A stretch of DNA of 64,000 bases. Origin: Nitrospirota bacterium (lineage in GTDB: Bacteria; Nitrospirota; Nitrospiria; SBBL01; JAADHI01). The notes under the pieces were generated by a model. That model did not search any database. It had not been told where the DNA came from and worked only from the letters and a program-made list of their open reading frames with translations. Below are positions 40,739-50,149 of this stretch, one piece after another (position 1 is the first letter of the stretch; each line of letters opens with the position of its first letter). The stretch is from the NCBI GenBank assembly GCA_029261215.1, contig JAJDBT010000118.1, positions 9,121 through 73,120 of the forward strand, in the 5' to 3' direction. The position numbers and the translations under genes are program-made.

Positions 40739-43549
40739 TTGTCCAGCAATAAAACGCTACATTTCGCCGCGCTTCTGCTTGTAACCATCTTCCTTTCATC
40801 TTGCATTGACGATAAAACAGCCCCCTCGTCGGATGTCGCGGCCACAACCGTTGCGGTCTCAATCGAACCAAATCTAAGCACCACAGTGCCGAAAAGTGGA
40901 GCGATCGCATACACCGCTTCGGTCACTGGATCTGGCAATACCGCTGTAAAATGGAGTATCCAGGAAGGCGCCTCCGGCGGAAACATTACCAATAAAGGAT
41001 TGTATACGGCACCCGCAACAGTAGGCACATTTCATGTGATCGCCACCAGCCAGGCCGACCCCGGAAAAAGCGCCACGGCGACTGTGACCGTATCTTCCAT
41101 TCTAGATGCCAGCTTTGCCTCAAACGGCAGTATTTCGACGCCTTTTACAAGTATCGACATTATTAACAGCATTGCACAACAAGCCGACGGGAAAATTGTC
41201 GTCGGAGGATACTCACTCAACGGAACAGAAACGGATTTCGCACTGGCCCGTTATCTTAGCAACGGCATCCTCGATACTTCTTTCGGAACCAATGGCATTG
41301 TGGTGACTTCTCTGGGAGGAAGTACCGAAATCAAAGCAATCACCTTGCAGGATGACGGAAAAATCCTGGCGGGTGGGAACACCTCCAACACTGAAAACAG
41401 CAATTTTGTACTGGCCCGGTATTTGAAAAATGGGACACTTGATCCCGATTTTGGAAACAACCGTACTGGTTTCATTAAAACCAGCATTAATGTGGGGAAT
41501 GACAAGCTAAATGCCATCGCGCTTTTGCCAAACGGAAAGATCGTTGCAGGTGGATTTTCCGCCGTGACCACAACCAACGATATTGGCAGCGTGAGGAATA
41601 AATTTGCCCTGGTGCAATATCAATCCAACGGAACGCTTGATCCGACTTTCGACACCGACGGCATGCTCACCACCGCCATCGGAACAGGCAATGAAGAAAT
41701 TCTTGCTCTGACCATTGATTCTAACGGAAAAATTATCGCAGGAGGCTTCTCATCCAATGGCAGCAATAATGATTTTGCGCTTGCGCGCTACAACAGTGAT
41801 GGCAGCTTAGACACCAGTTTTGACGCCGATGGAAAACTCACCACGCCCATCGGAACAGGCAATGAACGCATCACCAGCTTGGCCATTGATTCTAGCGGAA
41901 AAATTGTCGCAGGAGGCTTTGCAGCAATTGGCGCAACGAACGATTTTGCGCTTGCGCGCTACGACAGTAATGGTAGCTTGGACACCACCTTTGACACCGA
42001 CGGAAAACTCACCACCGCCATCGGGACCAGCGACGAAGAAATCAGGGCTTTGGCTGTGCGTTCTAACGATAAAATCATTGCCGGGGGATTTGCTTCATTC
42101 TCAGGAAACAGAGACTTCGCACTCGTCGCATACAATGCCGATGGCAGTTTAGACACCAGCTTCGATACGGATGGCAAGCTGACCACCACAATTGGAACAG
42201 GAACCGATGAAATCAACACCCTGCTTCTCCAGCCGGATGACAAGATCGTCGTTGGCGGATTTTCCTTCGTCGGAACAAGTCCAGCCTTCGCCCTCGCAAG
42301 ATACACTGCTAACGGCAGCCTGGACACCACCTTCCACACGGACGGAAAACTAAGCACATTGATTGGGGGCGGGGCAGATGAAATTAATGCGGTGGCCCTT
42401 CAAGCCGACAATAAAATCATCGCCGCCGGATTTACCTTCGGGACCAACAATATCAGAAACAAGGATTTTGCATTGACCCGTTACAATAGCGACGGCACCC
42501 TCGACACGACCTTTGGAAACAACGGGAAAGTCACCACGGCAATCGGGAGTACCGCCAGCAATGGGCATGACATTATCAATGATATTTCCATTCAAAGCGT
42601 CGATGAAAAAATCGTCGCCGCCGGGTCTTATCGCAATGGGAGTAATGGGGACGATTTTGTTCTGGCAAGATACACCGTCAACGGCACCCTTGACACCAGC
42701 TTCGGCACAGGCGGCCTTGTCAAAACCACGATCAACACTAACGATGAAACAATCAATGCCCTTGTCCTGCAGCCAGACGGCAAAATTGTTGCGGCGGGAA
42801 CCTCCTTTACAACCGGAACCGCACCGAACCATCACGACTTTACCCTCGCACGTTACAACACCAATGGCACGCTCGACACCAGCTTTGGCGCAAGCGGCAT
42901 ACAAAAAACGCCGATTGACAATGGGAGCTTTGCGGAAGCGGTCGTACTTCAGTCCGACGGAAAAATTGTCGTGGCGGGCTCCTCAGAAAGCAATACCGGC
43001 TTTGACTTTGCGCTCGCTCGATATAACCTTGATGGCACGATTGATACGAGCTTTGGTATTGACGGAATCGTCAGAACCCCCGTCAGCACAGGGCATGATT
43101 TTGCAAACGCGATAAAAATTCAAAGCGACGGAATGATCGTCGTTTCGGGAACAAGCTTTTCAGGGGCATCGCCCGAACAATTCGCTGTCGTGCGTTATAA
43201 CAGTGATGGAAGTCTCGACAGCAGTTTTGGCACAGGCGGAATGGTCACAACAGCAATTGCCAACGGGGCACAGCCCTTTGCCCTTGTCATTCAAGATGGG
43301 AAAATTGTGCTGGGCGGCTTTTCGATCAGCATACTCAACAACCGTGATTTCACGCTCGTCCGCTATCTATCGGATGGCACATTGGACCCCGCATTTGGTG
43401 TAAATGGCATTGAGATCTCGCCCTTTAGCCCTGCGATAGACGAGATCCACGACCTTATCCTCTCGGATGGCCAGATTCTCGCCGCCGGGTTTTCCGTCAA
43501 CGGCTATGGGGAGAATACGGATTTCCATTTAGCCCGTTACGCGCCTTAA
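40739..43549 (+). CDS. Delta-60-repeat beta-propeller lipoprotein with an N-terminal Ig-like domain, unknown function
   Basis: Lipobox LSSC is present and an Ig-like segment ends ...GKSATATVTV. About 14 units of roughly 57 aa follow, of the form DFALARY..DGSLDTSFDTDGKLTT.IGTG.DEI.AL...DGKIV.GGF. Confidence 0.82.
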   Translation: MSSNKTLHFAALLLVTIFLSSCIDDKTAPSSDVAATTVAVSIEPNLSTTVPKSGAIAYTASVTGSGNTAVKWSIQEGASGGNITNKGLYTAPATVGTFHVIATSQADPGKSATATVTVSSILDASFASNGSISTPFTSIDIINSIAQQADGKIVVGGYSLNGTETDFALARYLSNGILDTSFGTNGIVVTSLGGSTEIKAITLQDDGKILAGGNTSNTENSNFVLARYLKNGTLDPDFGNNRTGFIKTSINVGNDKLNAIALLPNGKIVAGGFSAVTTTNDIGSVRNKFALVQYQSNGTLDPTFDTDGMLTTAIGTGNEEILALTIDSNGKIIAGGFSSNGSNNDFALARYNSDGSLDTSFDADGKLTTPIGTGNERITSLAIDSSGKIVAGGFAAIGATNDFALARYDSNGSLDTTFDTDGKLTTAIGTSDEEIRALAVRSNDKIIAGGFASFSGNRDFALVAYNADGSLDTSFDTDGKLTTTIGTGTDEINTLLLQPDDKIVVGGFSFVGTSPAFALARYTANGSLDTTFHTDGKLSTLIGGGADEINAVALQADNKIIAAGFTFGTNNIRNKDFALTRYNSDGTLDTTFGNNGKVTTAIGSTASNGHDIINDISIQSVDEKIVAAGSYRNGSNGDDFVLARYTVNGTLDTSFGTGGLVKTTINTNDETINALVLQPDGKIVAAGTSFTTGTAPNHHDFTLARYNTNGTLDTSFGASGIQKTPIDNGSFAEAVVLQSDGKIVVAGSSESNTGFDFALARYNLDGTIDTSFGIDGIVRTPVSTGHDFANAIKIQSDGMIVVSGTSFSGASPEQFAVVRYNSDGSLDSSFGTGGMVTTAIANGAQPFALVIQDGKIVLGGFSISILNNRDFTLVRYLSDGTLDPAFGVNGIEISPFSPAIDEIHDLILSDGQILAAGFSVNGYGENTDFHLARYAP
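41600..42370 (+). repeat. In-frame 171-nt tandem DNA repeats inside the delta-60-repeat gene (approximate bounds)
   Basis: The same phase marker (ggaacaggcaatgaa / gggaccagcgacgaa / ggaacaggaaccgat) occurs at 41681, 41852, 42023 and 42194, exactly 171 nt apart. The run gattttgcgcttgcgcgctac is identical in adjacent units. Confidence 0.8.
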
Positions 43550-43575
43550 AAAAATTGCCGCATCAGTAATCCACA

Positions 43576-43617
43576 ATGTCTCCCAAGGTCAAACCACTTA
43601 TTCTAACCTTGAGACAT
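43576..43617 (+). other. Imperfect long hairpin downstream of the delta-60-repeat gene (12-bp stem with a 2-nt bulge and a 16-nt loop, no U tract)
   Basis: ATGTCTCccAAGGT at 43576-43589 pairs with ACCTTGAGACAT at 43606-43617. It may be a terminator or processing structure. No T run follows it. Confidence 0.3.
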
Positions 43618-43650
43618 GGTGATCCACATCCTTAAAAAAGGGAGCGTTTC

Positions 43651-44157
43651 ATGCCAGATAAAAAAAATCTTCAACAAAAAAAAAGAACCGGCCCCCTCAT
43701 TGGCATTGTCGGAGGCAGCAAAAGTGATTTCCCCATTCTGGAAAATGCCGTCAAAATGCTAAAAGCACTCAAGATTCGCTCTGAACTACAAGTGGTTTCA
43801 GCTCACAGGACTCCGGACTACCTTTTCGAATATGCCGAATCGGCGGAAGCCCGCGGCATAGAGATCATCATTGCCGGTGCGGGCGGCGCAGCTCACTTAC
43901 CAGGCATGATTGCGGCAAAAACACATTTACCCGTTATCGGGGTGCCCATTCCCACGGAAAACCTCAAGGGGATAGACTCCCTGCTTTCGATTGTTCAGAT
44001 GCCGCGCGGCATTCCGGTTGCAACGATGGCCATCGGCGGGGCTCAAAATGCGGCGCTTTTTGCCGCAGCCATTTTAGCCTTAAAATACGATGCCATCCGC
44101 GAACAACTCATTGCCTATCGGACAAAACAGACCCAAGATGTGCTTTCCGGGAAATAG
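43651..44157 (+). CDS. purE: N5-carboxyaminoimidazole ribonucleotide mutase
   Basis: Carries GGSKSDFPIL and AGGAAHLPGM blocks and is followed by purK. Confidence 0.94.
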   Translation: MPDKKNLQQKKRTGPLIGIVGGSKSDFPILENAVKMLKALKIRSELQVVSAHRTPDYLFEYAESAEARGIEIIIAGAGGAAHLPGMIAAKTHLPVIGVPIPTENLKGIDSLLSIVQMPRGIPVATMAIGGAQNAALFAAAILALKYDAIREQLIAYRTKQTQDVLSGK

Positions 44158-44159
44158 GT

Positions 44160-45323
44160 ATGATTCCAGCCGGGGAACAGATTGGATTGCTGGGTGGCGG
44201 ACAGCTGGGGACCTTCTTTACCATCGCCGCGAAACGTCTGGGGTATCAGGTCATGGTTTGGGATCCCGACCCAAGGGCACCCGCCCACGCCTGGGCCGAT
44301 ACCTCGCTAAAAAGTGATTTTCAAAACCCGGCTGCACTTCAGACATTTTTAAATAAAAATGCGGTGATCACTTTTGAATGGGAAAATATCCCTGTTGATC
44401 TGGTAACCAAGATTGAAGCAAAACGCCCGGTCTATCCGGGCAGTGATATCCTCTCCCTGCTCCAAAATAGAATACAAGAAAAAACCTTTCTCTCGTCACA
44501 CGGTTTTCCCGTAACTCCCTATCGCGCCGTTTTAAAACCGGAAGACCTAAAAAAACAGGTAAAACAGATGAATCTGCCACTCATCTGCAAAACAGCAACC
44601 GCGGGATATGACGGTCAGGGGCAATGGCGGCTCACAAACACAAGTGAAGTGGGTTCACTCATGAACACGCTTGAGCCTCGCAAAACAGGTTGGGTTATAG
44701 AGCAAGTCGCTCCCTTCATTAAAGAATTATCGATCCTGGCGGCACGAAACGCCTCAGGAGAAGTCGTCACCTACCCCGTCACCGAAAACAGTCATGAAAG
44801 GGGAATTTTACGTCTTTGCCGCATTCCTGCAGAGATTGCGACAGCTCTTTCAGAAAAAATATCGACGCTCGCAGTGGACGTTTTATCAGCGCTTCAAGGG
44901 GTTGGACTCTTTTGTATTGAACTATTTTTACTAGAAAACGACGAATTGCTGATCAATGAAATCGCACCACGTCCCCACAACTCCGGACACTACACACTGG
45001 ACGTCGCCAGCCCCTCACAATACGAACAGCAGGTTCGGGCAATCTGTGGACTGCCATTACAAAAACCGGTGATTTTGAGTCCTGCGGTCATGGTCAATGT
45101 CCTTGGGTCTGAGATATCAGCCCTCAGAAAGAACCCATTGCGCCAAAAACTCCTCTCCATGACCGGGGTAAGCCTCTATGATTACCGAAAAGAAGAGATT
45201 AAGGATCGTCGAAAAATGGGACATGTCACCTTGATTGGCTCAGATCCGAATGCATTACTCGCACGGGCAGAGGAGGTGCGGGAAATACTGGAAAAGACTC
45301 AAAACCAGATAAACAGATGTTAA
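44160..45323 (+). CDS. purK: N5-carboxyaminoimidazole ribonucleotide synthase (ATP-grasp)
   Basis: The N-terminus reads IGLLGGGQLG. It has an ATP-grasp body with ...INEIAPRPHNSGH. Confidence 0.92.
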   Translation: MIPAGEQIGLLGGGQLGTFFTIAAKRLGYQVMVWDPDPRAPAHAWADTSLKSDFQNPAALQTFLNKNAVITFEWENIPVDLVTKIEAKRPVYPGSDILSLLQNRIQEKTFLSSHGFPVTPYRAVLKPEDLKKQVKQMNLPLICKTATAGYDGQGQWRLTNTSEVGSLMNTLEPRKTGWVIEQVAPFIKELSILAARNASGEVVTYPVTENSHERGILRLCRIPAEIATALSEKISTLAVDVLSALQGVGLFCIELFLLENDELLINEIAPRPHNSGHYTLDVASPSQYEQQVRAICGLPLQKPVILSPAVMVNVLGSEISALRKNPLRQKLLSMTGVSLYDYRKEEIKDRRKMGHVTLIGSDPNALLARAEEVREILEKTQNQINRC

Positions 45324-45715
45324 AAAGTCGGCGCGAGTCGGCTTTGGGAAATCACAGATAATCGCATCGGGGAGGATGTCACAAAAATAGTCACCTGGGT
45401 TTGTGGCGGGTTTGCGATGGGATAGTAGCGCCGCCCAACAGCCCAAAATGTGAGCGGGCCATAATAATCCGGCGGAACCGTAATCATCCAAGAAAAGGGC
45501 GCCAGGGAATCCAGACTCCCTTCCACTACGCCCCGCGAAGTCATCAGTAATACCCCAAAAAGCGTCGGAATATCTCCGGGATCAACCTCAACCTTTATCG
45601 TTGCGCCAGCCGCGACCACCTCTCCTTCAGACAGTGTACTAAATTGAAACGCGAAGACAGGAGAAACACTTAAAGTCATGACGAGCAACATAATCGGGGG
45701 AACTCTTTTCCACAT
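45320..45715 (-). CDS. Small secreted hypothetical protein
   Basis: The likely start is ATG 45715 (MWKRVPPIMLLVMTLSVSPVFA signal peptide). Its stop overlaps the purK stop by 4 nt in convergent orientation. I recognise no family. Confidence 0.5.
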   Translation of the reverse strand: MWKRVPPIMLLVMTLSVSPVFAFQFSTLSEGEVVAAGATIKVEVDPGDIPTLFGVLLMTSRGVVEGSLDSLAPFSWMITVPPDYYGPLTFWAVGRRYYPIANPPQTQVTIFVTSSPMRLSVISQSRLAPTF

Positions 45716-46038
45716 ATCATTGCAATCCCAAGTGCGCTGTTTAGCGGAACCTGTTCTCCAACCCATTTTCTCCGACAAATGATAAGATGTCAATCCGATC
45801 GAAAAAGGCAGGGGACTTCATTAGAAAATTTCCCAATACGTCTTTGGCTATAAAAAGACGAATCCAAAGACTTTACCCAACTGGATTCCCAACAGCCTGA
45901 GAATCACGACCTTAATGCGCGGATCGTTCTACAGGAAATTGAGACACCCCAGAAAATGAGGATTAGATCAAAACAACCATTGATATGACCTGAGAAATAG
46001 ACAAACAGCGCTTTTAAACTTTTCAGGCGGGGTTCTCT

Positions 46039-47391
46039 CTAATACTCATAAAAGCGAACCTGATTTCGACCTTCGTGCTTGGCTTGATATAAGGCTTTGT
46101 CCGCGTATTGAATAAACTCATTGGGCGTGATCGCCCCTTTTGCAGTCCCTGGCAAGGTACATACCCCAAAACTACAAGTTACTTTGGCGTGATCCGGGAG
46201 AAGTTCAAGCTCCGACACCACTTTTCTTAAACGTTCCGCCGATGCGACAGCCTCCCCTTGCCCTGTTTCAGACATCAGAATCACAAACTCTTCACCCCCG
46301 AAGCGTGATAAGACGTCATAGGGCCTTAGAATCGATTCAAAATATTTTGACAATTCCTGAAGCACATGATCACCCATCACATGTCCATAGAAGTCGTTAA
46401 CCTGCTTAAACTTATCGATATCAAATAAAATGAGGGACAAGGGGCGATTTAAACGTAAGGCCCTTTCTATTTCAGAGCCAAGAACTTTATTTAAATATCG
46501 TCGATTATAAAGCCCGGTTAATGGGTCCCGAATCGAGAGATCCTTGATTTGCTCAAAAGCCTGTTGTTTCTGGATCGCAATCACAGCCTGGGTGGCCAGC
46601 ATCCTCAAACTATCCGTCAATGTCGGCGCGAAACGACTCGGTTTAAAATCATCACTGTATAAAATACCGACAGGCCCCTTGTCCGAGATCAATGGAATCG
46701 CAATAAGCGAACGAATCCCCTCCTTTAAAATGATGGGATTGTTGAATGTCGGAAAATCAACGAGATCTGGCACAAGAATGGGGTCTTTATTGGAAAGAAT
46801 ATGTTCGGTTAAACCCCCAGGCCGGACGGGATACACTGCATTTTGATAAAATTCAGAAGAAAGCCCCTTTGTCGCCACCAAAAAAAGTTTATTATTGTGC
46901 TTGTTGTAGACAGAAAGCGACCCGGCTGGCATGCCCGTAATCCGCATGCCGCCCTCAACAATCGCTTGAAAAATTTCATCAGGCGTTTCGGAACGGGAAA
47001 GCATGAGACTAATATCGAGCAAAACCTGGTTTTCCAGCAGCTTTTTCTTTATCCCCAGTTCCCGATCTTCGAGCTCCTGAATCACATCCCACAGCACATG
47101 GGCGACTTCACCGGTCGCTACATCAAATCGATTACCTGAAATTTGAACCAGTTGACTGCGAACCTCAGGATTGTCCGTTAAATCAAAAACAAGGTCGATC
47201 TCCATTTCTCCTAAAAAAGGAATCGGGTCTTCAAGGTATACGGGGAGATTGGCCTCTCTGGCCAGAGCAATGGCCGGGGCATCAGGGTTCAAATCGGCTA
47301 CGCCGACAACCTGAAACCAGTCAAACTGTAAAAGGCGGCTTAACACCGCCTTTCCACCATTTCCTGCCCCGATAATAAAGACCTGAACCAT
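46039..47391 (-). CDS. Diguanylate cyclase with an N-terminal Rossmann-like domain and a central GAF-like domain
   Basis: It has GxGxxG (FIIGAGNGG) and a GGDEF domain. The GGDEF domain has active site GGEEF and an I-site RPYD five residues upstream. The maximal ORF reaches TTG 47436; I prefer ATG 47391 by analogy with the kinase at 15150. Confidence 0.85.
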   Translation of the reverse strand: MVQVFIIGAGNGGKAVLSRLLQFDWFQVVGVADLNPDAPAIALAREANLPVYLEDPIPFLGEMEIDLVFDLTDNPEVRSQLVQISGNRFDVATGEVAHVLWDVIQELEDRELGIKKKLLENQVLLDISLMLSRSETPDEIFQAIVEGGMRITGMPAGSLSVYNKHNNKLFLVATKGLSSEFYQNAVYPVRPGGLTEHILSNKDPILVPDLVDFPTFNNPIILKEGIRSLIAIPLISDKGPVGILYSDDFKPSRFAPTLTDSLRMLATQAVIAIQKQQAFEQIKDLSIRDPLTGLYNRRYLNKVLGSEIERALRLNRPLSLILFDIDKFKQVNDFYGHVMGDHVLQELSKYFESILRPYDVLSRFGGEEFVILMSETGQGEAVASAERLRKVVSELELLPDHAKVTCSFGVCTLPGTAKGAITPNEFIQYADKALYQAKHEGRNQVRFYEY

Positions 47392-47459
47392 AAATTTTAG
47401 TGTAACGCCATCCGATGCCTTGTCAAGTACGCGCAAAGTATCTGAATCAGCACATTGTA

Positions 47460-47489
47460 TTGACCTTCGTGGGCTTCACTCGCTATACT
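47460..47489 (+). promoter_or_regulatory. Sigma70-like promoter for the O-methyltransferase-DUF420-PilZ operon (TTGACC-18 nt-TATACT)
   Basis: The hexamers lie at 47460-47465 and 47484-47489. A GAGGA Shine-Dalgarno sits 5 nt before ATG 47532. Confidence 0.45.
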
Positions 47490-47531
47490 CGCCCACAAAA
47501 ACTTGAACTGATAGAAACAAATGAGGATCAT

Positions 47532-48515
47532 ATGCCACGCGAAATATCAGCCCCTTCCCTCTTTCAACTCGGATATTACTGGGAAGCAAAAATTTTCCTG
47601 ACCTCGGTTAAACTGGATCTTTACACGCCTTTGGCGGATGGCCCCAAAACAGCGAAACAACTCGCAGACACGATTCAATCCGACCCGGACGCGCTCAGCC
47701 GCTTACTGGATGCACTGGTTTCAATTGGCCTGCTGCGGCGTGAAGGCGAAGCGTATGTCAATATTCCTGAGCTCGCGGAATTTCTGGTCAAAACAAGCCG
47801 GTTTTACATGGGCGAACTGATGTTGCTTCAGGATGCGGAGTGGGACCATTGGGGAAAACTCGAAGAAATTGTCAAAACAGGTCAGCCTGCCGTAAAAGAC
47901 AATATCTTTATGAATCATCCTGAACTCGGGGCAACGGTCTCAAGAGTGCTTCACCGCATGGCCAAAAGAGTTGCCCCCGCATTAGCGGAAAAAATCGACC
48001 TTTCGAGTTACAAGACTTTTATCGATGTCGGCGGCGGCGGCGGGGCTTTTTCTATCGCTTTTGCCCAGCGCTATCCTCATTTAAAAATCACCTTGTTTGA
48101 CCTTGCCCAAACACTCAAGGTGAGTAAAGAAAATATCGAACACGAACAATTGCATGATCGCATTGAACTGGTTGAGGGAAATTTTAACACCGGTCCACTT
48201 CCCGCCTCTTACGATGTGGTTTTCGCATCCGACATTCTCCACTATCAAACGGACGCGGAAAACGCGGCACTCATACAACGACTTTATCATGCGACACAAC
48301 CCGGCGGTGTCGTCATCATTAAAGACATGTTTATTGGAGATGATGACAGCGAGCCGGGATGGAATGCTGTTTTTTCGATCCATATGATGGTCTATTCAGA
48401 AAAAGGCCGCTGCTTTAAAGGGGAACGTATTCGGGAGTGGATGACAAAAGCAGGCTTTGATCATATCGTGGAAATGGAAAAAAATACCATTTTAGCTGGC
48501 ACAAAAGGGATCTAG
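47532..48515 (+). CDS. SAM-dependent O-methyltransferase, family 2 (winged-helix dimerisation domain + Methyltransf_2)
   Basis: The N-terminal dimerisation/wHTH segment reads LDLYTPLADGPKTAKQLA...LLDALVSIGLL. SAM motif FIDVGGGGGAF is present. The maximal ORF starts at 47415. Confidence 0.8.
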   Translation: MPREISAPSLFQLGYYWEAKIFLTSVKLDLYTPLADGPKTAKQLADTIQSDPDALSRLLDALVSIGLLRREGEAYVNIPELAEFLVKTSRFYMGELMLLQDAEWDHWGKLEEIVKTGQPAVKDNIFMNHPELGATVSRVLHRMAKRVAPALAEKIDLSSYKTFIDVGGGGGAFSIAFAQRYPHLKITLFDLAQTLKVSKENIEHEQLHDRIELVEGNFNTGPLPASYDVVFASDILHYQTDAENAALIQRLYHATQPGGVVIIKDMFIGDDDSEPGWNAVFSIHMMVYSEKGRCFKGERIREWMTKAGFDHIVEMEKNTILAGTKGI

Positions 48516-48577
48516 ACAATGGACAGTCTAAAGGCAGTTCCGCCCTTACTTTTTATCGGGATCGGCAGGAGGTTCGC

Positions 48578-49282
48578 ATGAAAGAATTTTTAACGGCTCC
48601 TGGGTTTCTCTCTCCTTATGGAACATTCGGGGCCGATTTTTCCTCAATCATGGCCTGGTTTTTTACCGCACTTTTCATTTACGGCTGGCAGCAAGGCCGC
48701 AAACACCGAGGACAACGACACCACCTCGTGACCTTGTGGGGCATGGTGGCCATGCTTGCCTATTTCACCATTTATTATCTCGCACGGGGATTGGGTGCCC
48801 TTTCTGTGGAAGGCCGGGAAGGATTTGGTGGACCCGACTGGGTTTATAATTACATTTTTTCTCCCATTTTACTCGTTCATATTGTCGTGATTTCAGTCGG
48901 TCTCGTTCTCGCTATTTACATGATTATCCTGGGCTACCGCTCCTCCGTGCTGAAAAACAAAAACCGTCTGCTCACCACAGGCCCCCTCAAAATGCAGTCA
49001 AAAACCTTTAAGAAAGTCCTTTTAGGATCCGCGCTGGTTTTGGGCCTCATTGCCGTGATTCGCGGCGGTCCTTTGGGCCGGGTGATGGTCTGGGTCACCA
49101 GCTTTATTATCATCGCAGTCGTCCTGCTTCTTGAGCGTACGATAGAGCGGATTTTTCCGGACGGCGCAAATCGGCATCGCAAAATAGGGACACTGACAAT
49201 GGTGCTTTATGTCATCGCGCTCATTACCAGTACGGCAACCTATGTCATGCTTTATTACATCTACCCGGTCATTGACACATAG
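48578..49282 (+). CDS. Polytopic membrane protein, DUF420-like
   Basis: It has 5-6 predicted TM helices and a C-terminal HRKIGTLTMVLYVIALITSTATYVMLY segment that resembles DUF420. The family call is from memory only. Confidence 0.55.
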   Translation: MKEFLTAPGFLSPYGTFGADFSSIMAWFFTALFIYGWQQGRKHRGQRHHLVTLWGMVAMLAYFTIYYLARGLGALSVEGREGFGGPDWVYNYIFSPILLVHIVVISVGLVLAIYMIILGYRSSVLKNKNRLLTTGPLKMQSKTFKKVLLGSALVLGLIAVIRGGPLGRVMVWVTSFIIIAVVLLLERTIERIFPDGANRHRKIGTLTMVLYVIALITSTATYVMLYYIYPVIDT

Positions 49283-49294
49283 AAAAGGACGCTT

Positions 49295-49636
49295 ATGCAG
49301 GAACAGAGAGAAAACCCACGAAGTTCTTTTCATTTAAGAACAGACGTATTGCTTAATGAAGGGAAGGAACACATCAGCCTTTTGAGAGCCAATATCGGCT
49401 TTGGCGGCATCGGAGGCTATACGCGGGATTTGGTCAAGGCAGGAAGCGATGCCCTGGTTCAAATTCATTTTGTCCAGCGTGAAGGCGGGGAAAGCATTGA
49501 ATCCGCCCAGGGACAAATCATCTGGCAAAAACAGGATGGCAACTTCACTGCGCTTGGCATTGGTTTTTCAGAACTAAAATCCGAGCGGCACCCGCAACTG
49601 ATCTCCTACCTGAGATACGCAGAACAATTCGACTAA
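49295..49636 (+). CDS. Stand-alone PilZ-domain protein (putative c-di-GMP receptor)
   Basis: 113 aa. An RxxxR motif (RENPR) lies at the N-terminus and a D/NxSxxG-like motif (NIGFGG) about 30 aa later. The third position of the second motif deviates from the consensus. Confidence 0.6.
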   Translation: MQEQRENPRSSFHLRTDVLLNEGKEHISLLRANIGFGGIGGYTRDLVKAGSDALVQIHFVQREGGESIESAQGQIIWQKQDGNFTALGIGFSELKSERHPQLISYLRYAEQFD

Positions 49637-49666
49637 ACGGCTTGGAGATTTTTGAGACCCCAAACC

Positions 49667-50134
49667 TTAAGACACTTGCATATCCAAAACAGTAAAAAAG
49701 ATCACAAGCAGTCCCGCCAATAAAACCACCAAATTTAAAAGCATCGAAAAGCCATGAAACCGCCGAAAGCGCTTTGATTTTTCTGCTTCATCAGAGCAAT
49801 CCGTTGAGGCCCTGAGATCGTTCTTGAGCTGTCTCACTTTTGGCACAACAATAAATGCGGCATAAAATGTCGAGAGCATCATAAAACTTAATGTGATAAG
49901 CCGCGCCCTGTGCCATTCAAACACGACAGATGACATGGCCAATGTCCCCAAACTTAAAACACTGCACAGACATCCCACTTGATAGTATTTTGGAAATATT
50001 TTAGCCACAATTTCGCCCGCAGTTTCTTTGGGAAAGGCTTTAAAAATCGACGGTGCGGCAATCAATGAAAAAAACACCATGGACCCGACCCAAACCGAGA
50101 GAGACAGGAGATAGAGAAACTGCAGTAAAATCAT
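49667..50134 (-). CDS. DUF4149 (TMEM205-like) four-TM membrane protein
   Basis: The N-terminus reads LLSLSVWVGSMVFFSLIAAPSIFKAF...AGEIVAKIFPKYY, typical of DUF4149. It starts 15 nt downstream of the FG-GAP gene stop. Confidence 0.6.
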   Translation of the reverse strand: MILLQFLYLLSLSVWVGSMVFFSLIAAPSIFKAFPKETAGEIVAKIFPKYYQVGCLCSVLSLGTLAMSSVVFEWHRARLITLSFMMLSTFYAAFIVVPKVRQLKNDLRASTDCSDEAEKSKRFRRFHGFSMLLNLVVLLAGLLVIFFTVLDMQVS

Positions 50135-50149
50135 ACTATTATCACCTGA

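Noticed and set aside
40552-41028. 158-aa minus-strand ORF overlapping the 5' end of the delta-60-repeat gene
   Set aside because: It lies antisense to a strongly supported CDS and runs across that gene's promoter and Shine-Dalgarno region. It has no ribosome-binding site and no recognisable motifs. Most likely it is a chance ORF.
41600-42370. Periodic 171-nt repeats considered as a possible CRISPR-like or satellite array
   Set aside because: The repeats are in frame and coding (57-aa protein repeat). They have no repeat-spacer structure, and no cas genes are present in the window.
41959-43115. Multiple 100-200-aa ORFs on both strands within the delta-60-repeat gene (e.g. 42350-42904 minus, 42513-43115 plus)
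   Set aside because: These are repeat-driven open frames. Only the annotated frame yields the periodic FALARY/DTSFG consensus.
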